NCBI RefSeq assembly: GCF_001457595.1
Contig: NZ_LN831039.1
Location: 2,220,001-2,252,000, forward strand
Length of the DNA stretch: 32,000 bases
From: Mycolicibacterium smegmatis
GTDB taxonomy: Bacteria > Actinomycetota > Actinomycetes > Mycobacteriales > Mycobacteriaceae
Reading direction: 5' to 3'
The notes below the pieces were generated by a model. The model did not search any database and had not been told where the DNA came from. It saw only the letters and a list, made by a program, of their open reading frames with translations. Below are positions 26,858 to 32,000 of the stretch, one piece after another (position 1 is the first letter of the stretch; each line of letters starts with the position of its first letter). The position numbers were made by a program, and so were the translations under genes.

Positions 26858-27729
26858 GACGCCTCGGCGGTACCGTTCCACGGAACCACGGTGTTGCGTA
26901 GCACGCCGATCTTCTCGACCTCGCACTCGACGGAGTCGCCGACCCGCAGGTAGTAGTCCTCGGCATCGACGCGGAAACCCGCCACCCCGGACACGGTGCC
27001 GGTGGTCACGATGTCACCGGCGCTGTAGCCCAACGGCGAGTAACGGGCCAGGATTTCGGGGATGGTGGTCCACATCCGGCTCGAGTGCGATTCCTGGCGC
27101 GGCTCGCCGTTGACCCGCAACTCCATCTTCAGATCGTGCGGGTTCGGGATCTCGTCGGCGGTGACGATCCAGGGGCCGATCGGGCAGAACGAGTCGATTC
27201 CCTTGCAGAAGCCGAAGACACCGGATTTCATTTCATCCCTTTGGATGTCGCGTGCCGTGACGTCGTTGAAGATGACGTATCCGGCCACGTAGTTCATCGC
27301 GTCCTCGGGGGCGAACTCGCCGACATCTTGATTGATGACGACAGAGAGCTCGAGTTCGTAGTCGAGTTCCTTGGTCAGGTGATCCGGGTAGCGGATCCCG
27401 TCCTCCGGCCCGACGATCGCATCGACGTTCTGCATGAACACGATCCACGGACCCACATTGTGGCTCCACCCGACCCGCTTGGACTCGTCCTCGTGCTCTT
27501 TGAAGTTGCCGGCCGTGTGGATCAGCTTGGTCGGTTTGATCGGCGCGAGCAGTCGGCCCCCGGCGGCGGGCACACTGCCGGTCACCCGCCTCTCGATCTC
27601 GGCCGGGTTACCGCGGGTCAGCTTGATGAGCTCGCGCATATTGTCCACGCCAACCACATCAATCGTGTCCCCGCGGTGGATACCGACCACGGTTCGTCCA
27701 TCGGCGGCGGCAAAAGTCGTCAGTTTCAT
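26854..27729 (-). CDS. Fumarylacetoacetate hydrolase (FAH) family protein
   Basis: 291 aa. KLIHTAGNFKEHEDE...ELDYELELSVVI...YVIFNDVTARD...KGIDSFCPIGPWIVT...VNGEPRQ...GDIVTTGTVSGV is the FAH-fold signature with its metal-binding E/E/D pattern. Confidence 0.85.
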   Translation of the reverse strand: MKLTTFAAADGRTVVGIHRGDTIDVVGVDNMRELIKLTRGNPAEIERRVTGSVPAAGGRLLAPIKPTKLIHTAGNFKEHEDESKRVGWSHNVGPWIVFMQNVDAIVGPEDGIRYPDHLTKELDYELELSVVINQDVGEFAPEDAMNYVAGYVIFNDVTARDIQRDEMKSGVFGFCKGIDSFCPIGPWIVTADEIPNPHDLKMELRVNGEPRQESHSSRMWTTIPEILARYSPLGYSAGDIVTTGTVSGVAGFRVDAEDYYLRVGDSVECEVEKIGVLRNTVVPWNGTAEAS

Positions 27730-27773
27730 GGTGATAGATCTCCTCGAATGAATACGGATATGACCCGGTCCGG

Positions 27774-28739
27774 CTACTGGCCGGCGGCCTCGGTCCAGAT
27801 CACGTCGTTGATGTCGAAACCCGCCGTCAGCGCGCCGTGTTCAACCGACCAGTCGACCAGGTCCTGCATCATCGACACCGCGTCCTCGTCGAAAGCCGGA
27901 TTGAAGTCGAACAGGGCGATGGTGCGCACGGTGTCTTCGTTGTTGGCGCCGAACTCGGTGGCATAGAACTCGCCGACCTCCTCCGGATGCGCCACCACGT
28001 AATCGGCTCCCCGCTTGGTGGCCTCGACGAACGCCTTGGCCGCTTCCGGGTTCTGCTCGATCATTTCCGGTCGCACCCCGTAGGAGGTCAGATCCGACAC
28101 TCCCGGCACCTCGGTGGCGTCCGCGAGTTGATGGACCTTGTCACCCGACACCGCCTGGGACTGCCATCCGACGGGCTGATAAAGCGCGAACGCATCGATG
28201 TCGCCGATCTCCAGCGCCGGTGGCATCTGTTGCGAATCGAGGTTGATGATCTCCACCTTGCTGGTGTCCACCTTGTTGTGGGCGAGGTAGCGCTGCAGCC
28301 ACCATTCGGAGGTGGAACCGATCCGGGTGGCGATCTTCTTGCCCTCCAGGTCCTTGGCGCTGGTGATGGATCGGTTGGCCATCAGGATCAGAGCCGGCTC
28401 ACTGCGGGTGGCGATCTGGATCATCCGGTAGTTGGTGCCATCGGTGTTGCCGTAGTTCAACAGTGCCGGTTGCGCACCGGAATACACCACGTCACCGATG
28501 CCGGACTTCCACGCCTCCAGCGCCGTGGTGCCCGTCGGGAAGGCGCGAATCTCCACGTCGAGATTGGCCTCGTCGTAGTAGCCGAGCTTCTCGGCGAAGT
28601 ACGACGGCGCAGTGAACGGGGTCTGCTGCGAAAGCAGCAGCAGCTGTGTCGCGCCGTCCTCACCGCCGTCGTCTGCGCCGCACGCAGTTGCCGATGCCGC
28701 GATCAGCACCGTCACCACCACGGTTGCGAACTTCTTCAT
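27774..28739 (-). CDS. ABC transporter substrate-binding lipoprotein (NMT1/THI5-like; NitT/TauT family)
   Basis: I prefer ATG at 28739, giving MKKFATVVVTVLIAASATACG (lipobox TAC). The body resembles aliphatic sulfonate/nitrate/HMP-binding proteins. Confidence 0.78.
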   Translation of the reverse strand: MKKFATVVVTVLIAASATACGADDGGEDGATQLLLLSQQTPFTAPSYFAEKLGYYDEANLDVEIRAFPTGTTALEAWKSGIGDVVYSGAQPALLNYGNTDGTNYRMIQIATRSEPALILMANRSITSAKDLEGKKIATRIGSTSEWWLQRYLAHNKVDTSKVEIINLDSQQMPPALEIGDIDAFALYQPVGWQSQAVSGDKVHQLADATEVPGVSDLTSYGVRPEMIEQNPEAAKAFVEATKRGADYVVAHPEEVGEFYATEFGANNEDTVRTIALFDFNPAFDEDAVSMMQDLVDWSVEHGALTAGFDINDVIWTEAAGQ

Positions 28740-28817
28740 GACAACTGCCCATCCCTTCCGGACCAAACATCAGCAAAACTGTTGTGCGCGCATCCGATTA
28801 CCTTCTGAACACTCATC

Positions 28818-30149
28818 TCACAGCTCCACGCTGGGCATCGGTTGACGGGTGCGGTGCACCTCGTCGATGTCCAGGCCCATCAGGCCGGCGCAGGCCGCGC
28901 CGTAGGCCTTGGCCGCCGTCACCATGTCGTCGATGCAGACGTACTCACCGTTGGCGCTGCGGGGATCACCGCTGGCATTGGGTGAGGCGCTGTCATCGAC
29001 GCGGGTACGGCCCAACCCGTAGAGCACGGTGGGGATGCCCAGCCGGTTCGAATCGATGGCATCCGAGCACCACGGTGGCCCGAACACCGGCCCCAGATCC
29101 TCACCGGCCGCCTGATTGTGGGCGTCGACCATGCGCTCGACGACCAGGCTGCTCGGGCTGACCAGAGCACCCGGCCGCGACATGTACCAGTCCACCCGGG
29201 CGTCGCCGCGCAGATGTTTGGCCGCGATCTCGGTGACCCGGGAGGTGAAGTCGCGTTGGACGTCGATGGGGAAGACGTTCGGGGGGAAGCGGATGTCGAC
29301 GTACATGCTGCAGGTGTTCGCGGTGCGGGCGGCCCGCCACGGGTGCCCGCCGCGGATCGCGGCGAAGTTCACCTGCGGCGCCACGCCCTGGAACACGAAG
29401 TTCTTGCGATAGTCCGCGACCCAGTCGTTGAGTTCATGCCGCAGTGTCCACATCTCGTCGATCGCGCTGGTCGAGCGGTCCGCCCAGGCGCTGTGGGTGA
29501 ACGACCCCGAGGTGGTGATCTTGGCCCACGTCGAACCCATGTGCCCGACGTGAGGCACCAGCCCCGTCGGTTCGCCCAGGATGTGGAAATCCGCCACATA
29601 CCCGTGCTGCAACAGGTATCGAAGTCCCACGCCCTGGCTGTCGTAGCGGCGGCCGGTGAACTCGTCGACCGACCCGAGTTCGATCTCACCGCAGGTGCCG
29701 GCGATCACCACGTCGCCGGCGAAGGAAACGCCGGCGCGGCGCATCGCATCCATCATTGCGGCGTAGCAGACGAAGGCGCCTTTCATGTTGAAGATGCCGT
29801 TGCCCCAGATGATCCTGTCGTCGACGACGGGTGTGTTCTTCCAGCCGTCGCCGATCAGCCACGGCTCATCACCGCGCACCGAACTGTCCAGGTGACCGCT
29901 GAACAGCACGTGTGGTCCGGTGCCGTTCCCGCGCCACCGTGCTGCGACGTTGACCCGGTCCACGTCGCCGTCGCTGTAGAGCGTCTGCAGCTCGGATTCC
30001 AGGCCCAGATCGCCGTAGACCTCCTTCAGCAGCACGGCGAGGTCGTATTCTTCCCCGGTGGGGCTGGGGGTTTCGATGACACGTTTGGCCAGGTCGACAA
30101 TCAGCGATTCGTCGATCAGATCGGCGAATTTCTCGAAATCGAACTCCAC
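28818..30149 (-). CDS. M20 family metallohydrolase homologue (ArgE/DapE/CPG2-like) with atypical metal-ligand motifs
   Basis: 443 aa. The GTG start follows AAGAGGAG. FSGHLDSS (H-x-D) is present, but GNGIFNMKG replaces G-x-G-x-x-D-x-KG and CGEIELG replaces the usual (D/G)EE. Confidence 0.78.
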   Translation of the reverse strand: MEFDFEKFADLIDESLIVDLAKRVIETPSPTGEEYDLAVLLKEVYGDLGLESELQTLYSDGDVDRVNVAARWRGNGTGPHVLFSGHLDSSVRGDEPWLIGDGWKNTPVVDDRIIWGNGIFNMKGAFVCYAAMMDAMRRAGVSFAGDVVIAGTCGEIELGSVDEFTGRRYDSQGVGLRYLLQHGYVADFHILGEPTGLVPHVGHMGSTWAKITTSGSFTHSAWADRSTSAIDEMWTLRHELNDWVADYRKNFVFQGVAPQVNFAAIRGGHPWRAARTANTCSMYVDIRFPPNVFPIDVQRDFTSRVTEIAAKHLRGDARVDWYMSRPGALVSPSSLVVERMVDAHNQAAGEDLGPVFGPPWCSDAIDSNRLGIPTVLYGLGRTRVDDSASPNASGDPRSANGEYVCIDDMVTAAKAYGAACAGLMGLDIDEVHRTRQPMPSVEL

Positions 30150-30200
30150 TGCGGCACTCCTCTTACTCGTTGAAACTACGGAGAGACTGAATTTTTGGTG

Positions 30201-30980
30201 TCAGAGATCGGACTGGTAGCGCGTGTAGCGGCCCCACACGTTCTCGAAGAGGTACTTGACCAACCGATCCGACAGGAATCCCATCAGCGAGATCACCGCC
30301 AATGCGACGAACATTCGATCCGTTTGTCCCTGCAGCGACGACTGCTGTAGCAGCGCACCGACACCCCGTTGGGCCGCCAACAGCTCGGCGGGAACGATGG
30401 TCATGAAGGCCGAGGCCACTCCGAGGCGCACTCCGGCGGCAATGTAGGGCACCGCCGAGGGCAGCACGATCCGGAAGAAGATGACTCCCTCGGAGGCTCC
30501 GAAACAGCGGGCGGCCCGAACCCGGGTGCGGGGCGTGCCCGCCACCCCGGCGATGGTGTTCACCGTCACGAAGAACACCACGCCCCAGAACACCAGGAAG
30601 TACTTGGAGTTCTCACCGATCCCGAACCACACGATCGAGATCGGGATCATCGCCGTCGGCGACAGGTTACGCATCAGCTGCATGACCGGATCAAGCAGTC
30701 GCTCAATGACTTTGACCTGACCGATGAGGATGCCCATCACCACGCCGACGACGCTGCCTGCGATCAGTCCGACGTACACCCGGCGCAGCGAGGCGAGTAC
30801 GTCGGGCCAGATGCGGCCGGTGCTGACCAACTCCCATGCCCGTGCGGCCACCTGCTGCGGCGGCGGCACGAGGGCCGGGTTGAACAGCGTCATCGACAGG
30901 ATCCACCAGACGGTGACGAAGATGGCCAACGAGGCGAGCGTCCATGCGACCGTTCGCAGTGCTTCACGCATGGGCGGCAC
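30201..30980 (-). CDS. ABC transporter permease (NitT/TauT family, SsuC/TauC-like)
   Basis: 259 aa (GTG 30980; ATG 30971 is an alternative). It has about six TM segments and a BPD-type EAA-like loop (AARCFGASEGVIFFRIVLPSAVPYI). It overlaps the end of the ATPase gene. Confidence 0.85.
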   Translation of the reverse strand: MPPMREALRTVAWTLASLAIFVTVWWILSMTLFNPALVPPPQQVAARAWELVSTGRIWPDVLASLRRVYVGLIAGSVVGVVMGILIGQVKVIERLLDPVMQLMRNLSPTAMIPISIVWFGIGENSKYFLVFWGVVFFVTVNTIAGVAGTPRTRVRAARCFGASEGVIFFRIVLPSAVPYIAAGVRLGVASAFMTIVPAELLAAQRGVGALLQQSSLQGQTDRMFVALAVISLMGFLSDRLVKYLFENVWGRYTRYQSDL

Positions 30981-31785
30981 TCCCCAACGACCGGCCGATG
31001 GTGTCGATCAGCGTCGACAGCTCGGGATCGGTGGTGCTTCGTGGCCGGTCCGCCGGAATGTCGAAGCGGTGCTTGATCTTGGCGCGGGGCCCGGTGCTCA
31101 TCACATAGACGGTGTCCGAGAGCAGCACTGCCTCGCCGACATCGTGGGTGACGAACACGACGGTCTTTCCGCTTCCCGCCCAGATCCGCAACAATTCGCG
31201 CTGCATCACCTCTCGGGTGATCGCGTCCAACGCACCGAACGGCTCGTCCATCAGCAGCACCGCCGGATCGACCGACAGCGCCCGGGCCAGTTGCAGCTTC
31301 TGGCGCATACCCCCGGACAGCTGCGGGGGAATGGAGTCGCGGTGCCGGTCGAGCCCGACCATGGTCAGCAGTTCATCCACCCGGGCGGGCCAATCCGAGC
31401 GTGGGACATGCGCCAGGGACAGCGCGAACTCGACGTTGGCCTGCACCGTGCGCCAGGGCAACAGTGCCTGCAACGAGTCCTGAAAGCACATGACGCGTTG
31501 CGGTGAGGGCCCGTTGATCGGTTCGCCCTGGAATTCGACGCCACCCGAATCGGGCAGATCGAAACCGGCTAGCATGTTCAGCAGGGTCGACTTGCCGCAA
31601 CCCGACGGTCCGAGCAGGCTGACAAATTCTCCCTCCCGTATATCGACGGAGCATTCCGACAGCACGTCATTGTGATTGTTCTTGACCGAAAAACGCTTCG
31701 TCACCCGATCGGCCCGCAGGATGAACTGCTCGCCGGATTGTTTCTGCCGCTTGGTGTCGCCGCCCGTATCGCGACCGACGTTCAT
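30964..31785 (-). CDS. ABC transporter ATP-binding protein (SsuB/TauB-like)
   Basis: I prefer ATG at 31785, preceded by GGAGG. Walker A GPSGCGKST, signature LSGGMRQKLQLARA, Walker B LLMDEPFGALD and H-loop VTHD are all present. Confidence 0.9.
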   Translation of the reverse strand: MNVGRDTGGDTKRQKQSGEQFILRADRVTKRFSVKNNHNDVLSECSVDIREGEFVSLLGPSGCGKSTLLNMLAGFDLPDSGGVEFQGEPINGPSPQRVMCFQDSLQALLPWRTVQANVEFALSLAHVPRSDWPARVDELLTMVGLDRHRDSIPPQLSGGMRQKLQLARALSVDPAVLLMDEPFGALDAITREVMQRELLRIWAGSGKTVVFVTHDVGEAVLLSDTVYVMSTGPRAKIKHRFDIPADRPRSTTDPELSTLIDTIGRSLGSAAHA

Positions 31786-31836
31786 ACCCGGATACCTCCA
31801 CAGTGTGGTAATCGCCTTTGACACAGCACAACCGGT

Positions 31837-32000
31837 TTATTGAACCCGCGGCAGAACCTTTTCGCCGATCAGCTTGATCTGGGCTTCCCGATCGTCACCC
31901 CACAGCTCCAGCTGGACGTGCCGGCAACCGCTGTCGCGATGCTCGATGATCAGATCGGCGACCTCTTCGGGCGTGCCCGCAATGACCTTGGTCTTGTCCA
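31837..32000 (-). CDS. LLM-class (luciferase-like) flavin/F420-dependent oxidoreductase, C-terminal fragment
   Basis: Manual translation gives ...DKTKVIAGTPEEVADLIIEHRDSGCRHVQLELWGDDREAQIKLIGEKVLPRVQ*, a typical LLM C-terminus (GTPEEVA...V.P). The 5' part lies outside the window, and only 54 codons are visible. Confidence 0.55.
   Translation of the reverse strand, partial: DKTKVIAGTPEEVADLIIEHRDSGCRHVQLELWGDDREAQIKLIGEKVLPRVQ

Noticed and set aside
30161-30168. The 8-mer TCTTACTC upstream of the M20 gene is identical to part of the 36-bp fadE24 palindrome arm, which might indicate a shared operator.
   Set aside because: Only 8 nt match and there is no inverted partner. An 8-mer is expected about once by chance in 32 kb counting both strands.

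Overview
This is a high-GC actinobacterial chromosome segment, roughly two-thirds G+C by eye. Gene content and order match the conserved mycobacterial core around M. tuberculosis Rv3100c-Rv3106 and Rv3137-Rv3140: fprA diverging from prfB-mscS-Pro/Thr-rich protein-ftsE-ftsX-smpB, then ssrA; a hisN-fadE24-fadE23 block; and an antigen-85 mycolyltransferase. The tmRNA tag ADSNQRDYALAA suggests a fast-growing Mycobacterium/Mycolicibacterium (M. smegmatis-like). I call 32 CDS (two cut by the window edges), one tmRNA, three hairpin terminators and a few candidate regulatory repeats. All family assignments come from motifs read in the translations and from remembered synteny; no database search was possible. 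I see no IS element, prophage, CRISPR array, toxin-antitoxin pair or recognisable defence system. Most long ORFs in the supplied track are antisense artefacts of high GC. The points most worth a second look are: (1) a perfect 36-bp AT-rich palindrome just upstream of the fadE24/fadE23 acyl-CoA dehydrogenase pair, with no regulator gene nearby; (2) an eight-gene minus-strand cluster (24991-32000) combining a NitT/TauT-type ABC importer, a TauE-type anion exporter and an LLM oxidoreductase with three unrelated hydrolases (M20, FAH, C45), where the M20 protein appears to have non-canonical metal ligands; (3) a tightly coupled six-gene operon (1-5855) built around a homogentisate-dioxygenase-like cupin, an alpha/beta hydrolase, a family III CoA-transferase, an HMG-CoA-lyase-like enzyme, an embedded TetR and an ACAD; (4) several smaller oddities, namely alternative hairpins, a cutinase with a PGY-repeat tail, and a DmpA peptidase gene between smpB and ssrA. 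None of these is proven novel. They are hypotheses to test.
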